Positions 20,189 to 30,700 of a DNA stretch of 64,000 nucleotides are shown in pieces (position 1 is the first letter of the stretch; every line of letters begins with the position of its first letter). The position numbers and the translations under genes are program-made. This stretch comes from Candidatus Pelethenecus sp. (GTDB taxonomy: Bacteria; Bacillota_I; Bacilli_A; Acholeplasmatales; Anaeroplasmataceae). The notes beneath the pieces are model-generated. The model was not told where the DNA came from. It saw nothing but the letters and a program-made list of their open reading frames with translations, and made no database searches. The DNA lies in NCBI GenBank assembly GCA_045121295.1, contig JBGVFV010000117.1, positions 5,349 through 69,348 of the forward strand. The letters run 5' to 3'.

Positions 20189-20347
20189 TTATTCCTCCTT
20201 GTTTTCTTGAATATTATTTTTAGATTCCTCTTCCTTTTTTTCCCTTAATAGGAATAAAGATAAGAGACTATCTAATGCATTTTCTGTTTTAAGATTAGTT
20301 TCCCTAATAACTTTTACAGTTACACCTGAAACTGTCATTTCAAACAT
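20189..20347 (-). CDS. small ORF (52 aa) directly upstream of the recombinase pair
   Basis: Below the track threshold. My translation is MFEMTVSGVTVKVIRETNLKTENALDSLLSLFLLREKKEEESKNNIQENKEE. RBS GGGAGGGAG lies upstream, and the stop is 3 nt before the recombinase ATG. Confidence 0.45.
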   Translation of the reverse strand: MFEMTVSGVTVKVIRETNLKTENALDSLLSLFLLREKKEEESKNNIQENKEE

Positions 20348-20448
20348 AGGCTCCCTCCCATTCTATTAATCTTATGAGATGAGCCTTTAAAAAATTATAT
20401 TTCATATAGCTCCTTTCTGTATTTTTACTAACAGAAAAGAGAAATAGA

Positions 20449-20988
20449 CTAGCTTAGATATTTTTTAACATAAAGCGATATTACTTCGTCATATGCATCA
20501 TCTGGATAATGCCAATCAATATCAAATAATATTTTTAGCATTTTCTTTTGATAACCATAAGCATCTAATTCTAGCATTGTACATAATTGAACAGATGGGT
20601 CCATGTTGTTATAATCGATGGATAATTCTTCTTTCCAATCTAGCATTAATGGTTCTTTAGTATTGTTAGTAAAAACACAATGTAATTGATATTTGTGTCG
20701 CAATTCATGAATCGCACATTTAAACATTTCTAAATCATCCATTATAAACTTATCTGAAATAGCTATATAATCTTCTTGAATATAATATCTTGAATCATCT
20801 GGTATATTTTCAACTACAACTGGGATTGGATCTATTCCTAAATCTTTACATATTTTTAATGTTAATGGGAATAGCTTACCTAGCTGTTCTTCATGATTCC
20901 ATTTTTCTTCTCCAAAGTATTGAATGAATTTTTCTTTTAATTCTTTATCACTCATATTCTTTAGACTTTCAATATACTTTGTTAACAT
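20449..20988 (-). CDS. putative HExxH metallopeptidase-like protein (ImmA/IrrE-like?)
   Basis: 179 aa with motif AIHELRHKYQLH and downstream LELDAYGY. It is divergent from an XRE gene. Confidence 0.4.
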   Translation of the reverse strand: MLTKYIESLKNMSDKELKEKFIQYFGEEKWNHEEQLGKLFPLTLKICKDLGIDPIPVVVENIPDDSRYYIQEDYIAISDKFIMDDLEMFKCAIHELRHKYQLHCVFTNNTKEPLMLDWKEELSIDYNNMDPSVQLCTMLELDAYGYQKKMLKILFDIDWHYPDDAYDEVISLYVKKYLS

Positions 20989-21003
20989 ATTATTCCTCCT
21001 TAC

Positions 21004-21050
21004 GCCACTATAGTAGCACCTACGAGTATATTATATACTACTAAAGTGGC
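21004..21050. promoter_or_regulatory. candidate operator palindrome in divergent promoter region
   Basis: GCCACTATAGTAGCA ... TACTACTAAAGTGGC: the arms match at 13 of 15 positions. It lies between the divergent genes 20449..20988 (-) and 21133..21456 (+). Confidence 0.4.
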
Positions 21051-21132
21051 ATTGTCAATATTTTTGTGCAACTTTTGTAGCATTTGTTATTTATTTTAGG
21101 ATGGTTTTGTTTTATAATGGTTTTGGTGATTA

Positions 21133-21456
21133 ATGATGAAGTATATAAGTCCAGAACAAACTGAATTAATTAGAGAAAATATAACTAAAATTATAAGTAA
21201 TAAAATAGATAATAAAGAGATTACACAAGTAGAGCTTGCTAGACTTTGTAATGTATCAAGATCTACTGTGCAAAAATGGTGTAAAGGTACTTGTCCTACA
21301 GCTGATAAGCTTCCAGTAATTTGTAAGGCATTAAATATTAATGAATATGAGCTGTTAGGAACTGAAAATCCTTTTGACTTTAATATGGATGATGTTAAAC
21401 GTATCAACAAAATTAACAATAATCCATCATTAAAAGATGTTGTTGATAAGTATTAA
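21133..21456 (+). CDS. XRE-family HTH regulator (only plus-strand gene)
   Basis: HTH ITQVELARLCNVSRSTVQKWCKG. GGTGA precedes the ATGATG start, and a terminator follows the gene. Preferred over the antisense ORF 21096..21419. Confidence 0.75.
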   Translation: MMKYISPEQTELIRENITKIISNKIDNKEITQVELARLCNVSRSTVQKWCKGTCPTADKLPVICKALNINEYELLGTENPFDFNMDDVKRINKINNNPSLKDVVDKY

Positions 21457-21459
21457 TTA

Positions 21460-21482
21460 AAGGACTTCGGTCCTTTTTTTAT
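21460..21482 (+). terminator. Rho-independent terminator
   Basis: AAGGAC-ttcg-GTCCTT followed by a run of 7 T. Confidence 0.8.
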
Positions 21483-23345
21483 TTAGTGGTTGTACCAATG
21501 GTTTCTAAAGAAGTCCATTGAATTTGCCTCATTAATTCCTGCTTCCACTAAAAAGCTAGAAGGCTTTAGTTTTGTCATATTACCATTTATAAAATGGATA
21601 ATTGAACAATATAAATATAGTTGTTGTTTGGCTCGAGTTATTGCGACATATCCGAGTCTTCTTTCTTCTTCTAGTTCCTTACCTTGTTTTTGATAACCTG
21701 GTAGGATACCTTCATTAAATCCTATAACAAATACTACTTCAAACTCCAAGCCTTTAGCTTTATGGATAGTAAGTAATGAAACTTTATTATTAGGATTCTG
21801 TTTTTGATTATCTAAAATCATTTGATTAAATGAATCTTCTAAATCATTACGTTCTAGATTTTGTATCATATCTTTTAATGCCATGATTCTAGAGTATTGT
21901 GGTTTTTGTTTATTAGATTCTTTAAGGTATTTATTGTAATGAAGAACTTCTAATAATTTTAGGAAGAAATCATAATTAGATAAATGTTCCAAATCTTTTT
22001 TTAGTTGCATAAGATCTAAGCCAAGCTTTTGAAATTTAGGATTGTATCTATAATTTGCTGCGTAGGTTATTAAATCTAATGATTGAAGTTTATAATCGTT
22101 CATAAATATCTGGTATTCGTATACTTCAATCTTATAGTTGAAATTATATATATTCATGAATGCTATTTCATTTTTAGGATTAAATAATAATCTATAGGTA
22201 TAAATAATACTTTTAACATCTTTATATTCAAAGAATGGTTTACCGCCAAATAGTTGATAAGGAATATCTAAACCATTTAACTCCTTTTCAATTGTATAAG
22301 ATTGATTATTATTACGATAAAGAATGGCAATATCTGAATACTTAAATCCACTATCTACTAATTCCTTAATCCTATATGCAACTGTTATAGCTTCATCATT
22401 AGTTGATGTAAATTCTTTATATTCAACATTTTTAATAGTTTTAATTTCAGAGAATAATTCCTTCTTTAATCTATTAGGGTTATATTCAATTAATTTATTA
22501 GCATGATTTAAGATATCTTGGTTACATCTATAATTTTGATTTAGAATTATTACTTCATCAGCGAATAATTGAAAATCTTTTAATATAGCAACATCAGATG
22601 ACCTAAAGCTATAAATTAGCTGATCTTCATCTCCTACCATAAATACATTGCCATATCTTTCAGATAGAATATTTATTAGTTCATATTGGATTTGGTTAGT
22701 ATCCTGACATTCATCTATTAATAGATATTTAGTTTGAACTAAATCTTTAAACATTTTATTAGTTTTACAAAGTTTAATGAACATAGGTATCATATCATCA
22801 AAGTCTAGCGAATTAGATGCTAGTAATGCTTCTTGGTATTCATGATATACAGTATTAAACATTAATATATCTTTTTCTTTAATACCTTCTAGTTTAGCAC
22901 CATTTTTAACTCTAGAAATATTCTTAACAAATGGAATATCAGAATAGTCTTCCTCATATTGTGATAGGATATTTTGAATTATTTTCTCTTTATCTGAATC
23001 CATTATTACTTCTGGTCTTTTAGTAAATCCTAAATCAAAGTAGAAATCTTGATATGATATGAAGCTATAACAATAACTATGAAATGTTGATATTATTGGA
23101 GGTTCTATTTCTAGACCTTCTTTTTTTATCATTGCTTCTAATCGCCACTTCATTTCTGATGCAGCTTTATTTGTAAATGTAAATGCACATATATCAAAGG
23201 TTGATGCACCTTGTTTTAGTTGATGCATAATTCTAGTTGTAAGTACTTTTGTTTTGCCGCTTCCTGCTCCTGCCATAACTAATATTTTCTTATTATTACT
23301 TGTTACAGCTCTTAATTGATTTTGATTTAAATCTTTATAAATCAT
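21483..23345 (-). CDS. UvrD/PcrA-family superfamily-1 DNA helicase
   Basis: 620 aa with MAGAGSGKT, LIDECQDTN, VGDEDQLIYSFR, TIHKAKGLEF and YVAITRAK. Confidence 0.9.
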   Translation of the reverse strand: MIYKDLNQNQLRAVTSNNKKILVMAGAGSGKTKVLTTRIMHQLKQGASTFDICAFTFTNKAASEMKWRLEAMIKKEGLEIEPPIISTFHSYCYSFISYQDFYFDLGFTKRPEVIMDSDKEKIIQNILSQYEEDYSDIPFVKNISRVKNGAKLEGIKEKDILMFNTVYHEYQEALLASNSLDFDDMIPMFIKLCKTNKMFKDLVQTKYLLIDECQDTNQIQYELINILSERYGNVFMVGDEDQLIYSFRSSDVAILKDFQLFADEVIILNQNYRCNQDILNHANKLIEYNPNRLKKELFSEIKTIKNVEYKEFTSTNDEAITVAYRIKELVDSGFKYSDIAILYRNNNQSYTIEKELNGLDIPYQLFGGKPFFEYKDVKSIIYTYRLLFNPKNEIAFMNIYNFNYKIEVYEYQIFMNDYKLQSLDLITYAANYRYNPKFQKLGLDLMQLKKDLEHLSNYDFFLKLLEVLHYNKYLKESNKQKPQYSRIMALKDMIQNLERNDLEDSFNQMILDNQKQNPNNKVSLLTIHKAKGLEFEVVFVIGFNEGILPGYQKQGKELEEERRLGYVAITRAKQQLYLYCSIIHFINGNMTKLKPSSFLVEAGINEANSMDFFRNHWYNH

Positions 23346-23580
23346 TAGTCTCTACCAACTTTATTATTTCTTCTAGGATATCCATAGAACAATCATTACT
23401 ATAATTAGTAGCTAATTGATTTAGGATTAATTCAACATTTATATCCTTATTTATATATAAAGGAATCTTTTCTGGATTCATTAATAAATAAGATATTAGG
23501 ATTCTAGGAAGCTCAGGGATTATATTATTTTTATATTTGTATTGGATGAATACATAGGTTTGTCGGTTTTTGTCGTCCAT
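23335..23580 (-). CDS. hypothetical protein
   Basis: 81 aa. It is coupled by overlaps to the rep gene (1 nt) and the helicase gene (11 nt). Confidence 0.45.
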   Translation of the reverse strand: MDDKNRQTYVFIQYKYKNNIIPELPRILISYLLMNPEKIPLYINKDINVELILNQLATNYSNDCSMDILEEIIKLVETNDL

Positions 23581-24704
23581 TAGAATGGTAATTCCCTATC
23601 TTCTACTATTCCTTTAAACTCTTCATGAAGCATTGCATATTCTGCATCATCTAAGGTTTTAAGGTGCCTTTGATCCAAATACATATTTAATCTTTGGAAT
23701 CGTTGTTTAGAAAATTTTAAGCCATCCCTCATAAACTTATATATTTCCATTTCAAATAAATATGGGTCCTTACATACGTCTAGATATTTAACTATTAACC
23801 ATGTTGATATATATGATTCAGCTGCCTTAAGGAATGTTTCAAATGTTTTAGGAATTAAATCCTCTGCCTTTGGTAGAACACCTTTTTCGACATTTTGTAA
23901 GAATGCTTTCCATTTAGAATCTGTAGGTACTCTACTCATATGTCTTCTATCTTCATTGTTATCTTCCTTAATATCTAATACTCTATACAGCTGTTCAAAT
24001 GCGAACTGTTGAAGTTTAAATTCATCCTCATTTTCATGAGCTTGTATTAATGCGAGTGCTACTTTATCAGCTATTAGATTTCTAAATCTTATCTCAAATC
24101 TTACCCAATAGGTTTTATCGCACTTTTTCTTACGATGAATTTGTTCAAGCTTTTTATCATATATTACAAGTTGAATTGGCGAATCATTAGAACCAAATTG
24201 AATTGAATAACCTGTTTCTAATGTTCCATGTGGTATGGGTGGATTTCTAAAGACTGATGTGTAAAATTTCTTTTGAAGAACCTTTTCAACAAGCCAACCC
24301 ATTGTTACATCTTTACCAGTAAAATCATCAATTGCTATATCAATACGCTTGAATCTACAATTAAGTTCTGCCATAAATAGAATGAAATTAGCCCAAGTTT
24401 TATGTGGGTTTCTAGCTTCAAAATCCCTGCATCCTTCACCCTTCATTTCCAAATGACATGTTTTTTGATAACAGTCATTCATTGGTCCATCTAATCTTAG
24501 AATTATAAACTCACCTAGATTAAATTGATAATTATAATTATTTTGTGCGTATTTACACTTTGCCACTTCAAAGTTTTGTATGCTTAAGTACGTTGAAATT
24601 AATTTTACCATCTCATGTACTTTAAACAATACCGATTCTCCAGCATCTACATCAAGTGGAAATGTAGCACTGAAATAGTCTATTTTAATTTCTATCTCGT
24701 TCAT
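23580..24704 (-). CDS. Rep_trans-family rolling-circle replication initiator / relaxase (Tn916 Orf20 / ICEBs1 NicK type)
   Basis: 374 aa with N-terminal IDYFSATFPL. Its size and context (next to a PcrA-like helicase) are typical of Rep_trans proteins. The call rests on motif memory only. Confidence 0.65.
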   Translation of the reverse strand: MNEIEIKIDYFSATFPLDVDAGESVLFKVHEMVKLISTYLSIQNFEVAKCKYAQNNYNYQFNLGEFIILRLDGPMNDCYQKTCHLEMKGEGCRDFEARNPHKTWANFILFMAELNCRFKRIDIAIDDFTGKDVTMGWLVEKVLQKKFYTSVFRNPPIPHGTLETGYSIQFGSNDSPIQLVIYDKKLEQIHRKKKCDKTYWVRFEIRFRNLIADKVALALIQAHENEDEFKLQQFAFEQLYRVLDIKEDNNEDRRHMSRVPTDSKWKAFLQNVEKGVLPKAEDLIPKTFETFLKAAESYISTWLIVKYLDVCKDPYLFEMEIYKFMRDGLKFSKQRFQRLNMYLDQRHLKTLDDAEYAMLHEEFKGIVEDRELPF

Positions 24705-24746
24705 TGAAATACTCCTTCCATAATGTTAATTACCTTTCATAATGTC

Positions 24747-24807
24747 GGTTTATGGAGCGTACAAGGGGCTATTAGTCTAGCCCCTTTGTACTTGCTTACC
24801 ATAAACC
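24747..24807. promoter_or_regulatory. GC-rich nested palindrome; candidate nick site / origin (dso or oriT)
   Basis: GGTTTATGG-agc-GTACAAGGGGCT-attagtct-AGCCCCTTTGTAC-ttgctta-CCATAAACC, 43 nt upstream of the rep start. No T-run follows on the minus strand, so it is not a plain terminator. Confidence 0.5.
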
Positions 24808-24853
24808 TGTGATCATTATATTGATAGGTAAAAAGTACAATAGTTTACTAAAA

Positions 24854-26728
24854 CTAATGATTTATTTTGTTATAGAATCTGGAATTACATTTATCTAATT
24901 CATCCTTCGGTGGTGAAAGTTGTGTAAATGTATCTAGATTCATAAATTCTTCATTTTTCTTTTCTTCATAGCTATAACTTAAGAATGTTGAATCATATAG
25001 TCTTTGATTTTTATATGATAAGTCTCTTATGTTAATACATAATGCCTTTTTAACTCCTTTTGTCGCAGTATCATTTTCATCTTCTTGGCTTATTCTAGTT
25101 ATAAGCTTAAAATACCAGAATTGGTCAAACCAATTACATACTTTAGATAAGCTATTACCTACACTTCTTAATATTGCGTAGATTAAAGTGATATCATTTC
25201 TTTTGTAATTAGATTTACCTTTTCTAAATGATTTTTTCGCTACTGTTCTTCTTCTAGATTCATAACTTTTAATTAAAGATTTTGTTAATTTAAATAATCC
25301 TAAGAATGGTAAATAATACATCATTAATAATAAGGGATATCTTTTCTTACGCTCTTTAATAGTAATGAAGTATTCGGCATTTCCTCTGATTCTAAGTGGA
25401 ACTTGTTGTCTAAGTTGATAGTCAACAAAAATTTTAGCGTGACGCTTTAAGTCATGTGATACTGTTGAAAAGAAAGTCGCCGCGCCATCTTCTCCTACAA
25501 TTTTCTTATCATCATGTGAGTTATATTCCTTATCAAATTCTGATATTGATATAACTATATATTCTTCTAGTGGATATACATCTGCAGGTTTATTTACTCT
25601 CATGTAATCAAAGTTAAATATCTTACTATAAGATTCAAATAATGGTGAGTATATAGCATAATTAGAAATAATAAACGATTTACGGTCATTTAATAAATGA
25701 TAATTATTTATGTATTCTTCATGTTCTGGAAACTCTTCTGGATTTTCTCTAATTTTAGCGAAGTTAATATATTTATGTTTCATTTCATAATCTAATAATT
25801 TTTCTTCTAATTCTTCAATAAATACTTCTTCACAAGCTAACGACATTGACATATTTAATAAAGTCTTACCAGTTCCAGGACATCCATTAATAAAGCATGT
25901 TTGAGTTAGATCATCTCTAACAAACTCTTTTAATCTTTGGTGATTCTTTTTTAATCTATAATTGGCTCTTGATACTGCACTTAAGAATATTGTTATAGTT
26001 ATAATTGGTATCCATATCCATGTAGGTATATATTTAAGTTTTGGATATATAAAAGTAAATACAGCTTGTACAAATTCAAATATTAAAAGATAAGTTTCTA
26101 GGTTAATCATCTTAACAACATAAGTTATTAAAAAGATTAAAAATTCCACTAAGAATCTATACATAATCCCTTTTCCAAATAGGAATAAGAATAGAGCTAA
26201 AGCTATCTTTCTTCTATGGATGTAAGCTTGATTTAATAACCATCTAATACCTCTTATTACATAATTCTTAATAGTTGTGATAAAGTTACCTATAGTAACA
26301 TAGAGTCCTGCAAGCGGACTTGTTTTAATAGATATTTGAGTTCCAGACATTACTTCATGAAAGAAAATATATGAAATTAAAATACCGTTTAAACCATAGT
26401 TACAAAAATAGATTATAAAGTTAAATCCCAAGTCTAATGCATCAGTTAAGAATTCTAACATGATTTCTTCAAATGGTTTATCTATTGTAGTTTCTATTGA
26501 TTCGATAAAACCATTAACTGCTTCTTCAATTTCTTTTATTGTTTCATCATAAATTACTGTTGATTTATCATTATAAACTTCAAAGATATTTTTAAGATTA
26601 GATATATCAGCTATCTCACAAAATCTATTAGTTGTTTCAATAAATGAATTTAAGTTTAATACTATTAGGAATAGTGTTAAACCTATCCCTAATAATATTA
26701 AAGTTATTTTAATTATCTTCTTAGCCAT
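24854..26728 (-). CDS. polytopic membrane P-loop NTPase (Zot/pI-like assembly ATPase or TcpA/FtsK-like coupling protein)
   Basis: 624 aa. The N-terminal ~260 aa hold about 6 hydrophobic spans. These are followed by Walker A FINGCPGTGKTLL, Walker-B-like YIVISISEFD, and another hydrophobic span PLLLMMYYLPFLGLF. Confidence 0.55.
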   Translation of the reverse strand: MAKKIIKITLILLGIGLTLFLIVLNLNSFIETTNRFCEIADISNLKNIFEVYNDKSTVIYDETIKEIEEAVNGFIESIETTIDKPFEEIMLEFLTDALDLGFNFIIYFCNYGLNGILISYIFFHEVMSGTQISIKTSPLAGLYVTIGNFITTIKNYVIRGIRWLLNQAYIHRRKIALALFLFLFGKGIMYRFLVEFLIFLITYVVKMINLETYLLIFEFVQAVFTFIYPKLKYIPTWIWIPIITITIFLSAVSRANYRLKKNHQRLKEFVRDDLTQTCFINGCPGTGKTLLNMSMSLACEEVFIEELEEKLLDYEMKHKYINFAKIRENPEEFPEHEEYINNYHLLNDRKSFIISNYAIYSPLFESYSKIFNFDYMRVNKPADVYPLEEYIVISISEFDKEYNSHDDKKIVGEDGAATFFSTVSHDLKRHAKIFVDYQLRQQVPLRIRGNAEYFITIKERKKRYPLLLMMYYLPFLGLFKLTKSLIKSYESRRRTVAKKSFRKGKSNYKRNDITLIYAILRSVGNSLSKVCNWFDQFWYFKLITRISQEDENDTATKGVKKALCINIRDLSYKNQRLYDSTFLSYSYEEKKNEEFMNLDTFTQLSPPKDELDKCNSRFYNKINH

Positions 26729-27660
26729 ACAATAATCGCTTTAAAGACTAAATATAATAAATAGATTAGTCCTATTCCGACTATAGAGCCAGTTACTATT
26801 AATATAGTTTTTATTTTAGAACTATCATTTTTTACATTTGTGTCATCTGAAGGATCTTGTGGTTGCTGATTTGGTTGTTGATTGTCGTTATTATTGTTGT
26901 TACTTTGATTATCATTATTGTTATTATCTTCTCCAGTTTGTGGAGGGTTATTGTTTTCGTTACCATCACCAGTTCCATCATCTGGTATGATTGGATCATC
27001 TAATGATGGGTCATCAGTTGGTTGATTAGTATTTGAGCCTGAACCTCCCACATCGTTGGCATTATCATCTGGGTTTTCATCTGGTGTATAATTTACATTT
27101 TCGATTATTGCATAATACATTAATTGATGTGTTCCAGCTGCATTTTCAAACGAAGTCATTACAGGATAGATGTTTTGTGTTGGTTGATCAAATACTGAAT
27201 AAGATGGTTCTTTAATACAAACAAATCTATCTCTCCAACATTCTAATAAACAGTCATTAGTTGTTTTTCCTTCTTTTAGGTCTTTTACATATATTGATTG
27301 TCTATAGTAGTTTTGAGTCATTAAAGCGGAAACATAAGTACCAGATGCATCTTCTATAATATATATAGATACTTGTCTACTATAAGTAGAACCATCTGGA
27401 TAAGTACCAGTGTATTGATATCTATTATTGCCTAGTGATTCATAATTAAATGTGTAATTTGAAGTACATGGTTGTCCATTTTGATATAGCATAAATGGTT
27501 TAATTAAATCAAAGCCTTCATCTATATCCATATCAGATGAAAAGGTAATATATGATGCAATGTCATAGCTTGATGCAGCATATGCATTTGTTATTGATAA
27601 TAAAAATAATGAGATAACAGCTAATAATAATGATGATAATTTAAGTATTTTAGATTTCAT
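26713..27660 (-). CDS. secreted protein with low-complexity linker and C-terminal membrane anchor
   Basis: Signal peptide ...SITNAYA/AS, an N/D/P/Q/G-rich linker (GSGSNTNQPTDDPSLDDPIIPDDGTGDGNENNNPP...) and a C-terminal TM plus basic tail ...FKAIIVWLRR. Confidence 0.65.
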   Translation of the reverse strand: MKSKILKLSSLLLAVISLFLLSITNAYAASSYDIASYITFSSDMDIDEGFDLIKPFMLYQNGQPCTSNYTFNYESLGNNRYQYTGTYPDGSTYSRQVSIYIIEDASGTYVSALMTQNYYRQSIYVKDLKEGKTTNDCLLECWRDRFVCIKEPSYSVFDQPTQNIYPVMTSFENAAGTHQLMYYAIIENVNYTPDENPDDNANDVGGSGSNTNQPTDDPSLDDPIIPDDGTGDGNENNNPPQTGEDNNNNDNQSNNNNNDNQQPNQQPQDPSDDTNVKNDSSKIKTILIVTGSIVGIGLIYLLYLVFKAIIVWLRR

Positions 27661-27731
27661 AATTATATTCTCCTTATCATTTATTGTTTTGAAATCTAGG
27701 AGAAGTTATCTCCTAGACTTCTTTTAATTTA

Positions 27732-30700
27732 TTAACGTCTTAACCATTTAAAGAACTTGCTGATAATTGCCCAAATACCCCAAATTAATAGGATACCTGT
27801 AATTGTTCCTAAGGTGATAGTTGCAGCTTTAAATGCTTTATTTTCTTCAAATCTTACTTTGAAGTCATCAGCAAAGTCATTAAATTTATCTGCTACTGTT
27901 TCACCAACTGGTTCTACGCCATCTACTAATACTTCATTAGTTCTAACTAAATGTTCAATATTAGCAACTTCAACGTTATATTCATATTCATAATATGAGC
28001 CATTTCCTACATGATAGATTCCATCTACATCAGCTGTTGTTGTTTTAGTGAAATCAATTGTAGTTTCATTTTCGAATGGTTTCATTAAGCCTCTAAATCT
28101 TGGTACTACATCTAACATTACATCGTTTAATGTGTATTCTGGATTAGTGATTTGCTTATCCATTAATAGATAACCATAGTCAAATTGGAAGGCTCTTGCG
28201 AAAATGTATGAATAATCAGATTCAATTAATTCTAATTCGATTGAAGTCTTTAATAGGATTGTTTCTCCTGATTTAAATACTGCATCCACCCAGTTAGAAT
28301 CTTCTTTTGTTGTATAATCAATTTCATATTCTTCAGTGTATAATTTTCCATCTTTTAATAAGATGTTTTTACCTAATGCACGTAATACTTCTTCTTTAGT
28401 AAATTCTTTAGTATACATAACTTTAGTTAAAGCTACGAAACCTTGTTTTACTTCAGTTTGGTCTACTGCTTGATTAGATGAAGAGAATCCTACATTAACA
28501 CCTGAGTTGATAATATAAACAGTACCTTGATCATATGTTGCTTCATATGTCTTAGTTTCGTTAACTGTCTTATTAGTCATTTCAAATGATTCAGTATTTA
28601 AGTTTTGATTAGTTAAGAATGCCTTAATAGCTTCTTCGATTTGTTCATTTGTATAATCTTTATTTGCATTAAATACAACAGCAATATCGCCATCACCAAA
28701 CATTACAAATCCCATATCATAATCAAAATTCATAATCTTTACACTGATATCTTTATCATAAACATAAGTATTTTCGATTCTTGTCCAAGCATTAAATGTA
28801 TAGTCTTCTTTGTTAGTTCTACCTGATGATGTTCCAATTGCGAAACCTGGGACTTCATAAGGTTCACCATCAACTGTACATAAGATATCTCTAATAGTAG
28901 ACATTAATCTTGAACCATCTACTGTTTCTGGTGTATAGATATTTGTGATTTCTTTAAAAACTACATTTGATTGTTCTTGGTTAGTGTTGTCGTTAGTTTC
29001 ATCACCATTTTCTGTGTCACCAGTGTCTGGTAATTCAGGTGTTTCTACTAATTCAACATCAGATACTACTACTTTAGCTTTACCACTAGATAGTGTAGCA
29101 GTATAAGCATTACCTGCTAAGTAACCATAACTTGCTGTATCTAATAACGGAGATTGATCATATTCAACTTGAGATTCCATTAAATGATTTTCCATTAATG
29201 GAGCCATTAAAGACGCTAATGACTTAATTTGTTCAGTTGGATTAGTAATAATATATACATCATTACCATCTAAGATATAACCAATGTTACCTTCTACATT
29301 CATTACTTTAACAGTGATATCTTTAGTGATTACTCTATTATCAGGTAATGTGATAGCAATTGGTAATGAAGCATTATATCCTACTTGATAGTTAGTTGTA
29401 TCAGCTATAATAGTTGATTCACCATCTGACATGTAACCATGATTTAATGTAACTAAAAATTCAAATCCTTCTAATACTTTAGTAGCATCCATATTATTAG
29501 GAACTACAATTGTATCGAAGTTTCTTGCAGTATAAACTGGGTTGTATTGTGTATAATCCATTAAAGGAATTTCATAATAGGCTAACATTTCATCAATGAC
29601 AGTTTCTGCTGGAACTTCTAACCCCATAGTTTGAAGTAATAATTTAGCTTGTTCCATTTCTTCAATTGAATAATTATAGTCTTTAACACCATAAATATTT
29701 CCATCTTCTGATAAGTAAGCGTTAGTTGGTTTAACATATGAATTTAAATCATAATATTCTACTAATGGAGCTAAATCTTCACGACTTGTAATAGCAGTGA
29801 ATTTATCTTTAAACGATTCTGGAATATAAATTTTTTCTAATGCTGCACCTTCATATAATGTATCTTCTGTAATTTGGAAATTAGAGATACTCTTAACAAA
29901 TCTTAATGCTTTAACTCCTGAGAAATTTGAAATATTAAATGTATCAGCTGCAGAGTAAGGTCTGATGATTAATTCATCACATACTACTCTTTCAAAATGA
30001 TAATCTTTATTTTGTGGCATATAGATTTTTCTAAATTCATGTCCTTCTGGAATCATAGTTCCAGAAGATAATTTAGTTGCATCTAAATCTACTACATTTT
30101 CAGAAATTGAGTTCAAAGAATAAGTTAAGGAACCTGATGATGTAATATCAGTATTAGTGTTTACACTATAGTAACCTAGAGATTCAAATACTTCACCATT
30201 AGGACTAAAATCACTAAGAACATAGAATATTTCTTCAGGGTATTTCCATGTTTCACACAATTCAGTCTTTAAAGTTACACCATTACGATTCGTTAGATTC
30301 AAATTATCAAAAGTTGATGGATTATTAAATGAATTATAAAAATCATTAATATAAATATGTTCTACATTTGTACTAGTAATATATGTTGTAAATGCATCAG
30401 AATCTAAATCAAAGAATGCATTTAAATAAGATGAATAAACATATATATTCTTAAATGAAGATGGTAAGCCTGTATTTAAATTACATGCACCACCTAAATA
30501 AAGGTTAATACCTGATGGTAATTGAGAAATGATATTTTGTACAAAGCCTAAATTATTACCTGTTATGATAACATCTTCAAGGTTAGTATATTTAGTCCAA
30601 TCAATTGAACTTGCATAAGTTATCTTTCCTTTATTACCCATATAATTTAGAACTAATACTTTTTCTTTAGATGGATCAGCTACTTCACTTACATCAAAGT

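Noticed and set aside
21096-21419. 107-aa minus-strand ORF overlapping the plus-strand XRE gene
   Set aside because: The plus-strand frame has a textbook HTH, an RBS and a terminator. The minus-strand product is Leu/Ser/Ile-rich with no motif or RBS.
26830-27010. Simple-sequence-like stretch rich in AAT/GTT/TTG triplets
   Set aside because: It is in frame within the 315-aa gene and encodes an N/Q/D/P/G-rich linker. It is not a non-coding microsatellite.
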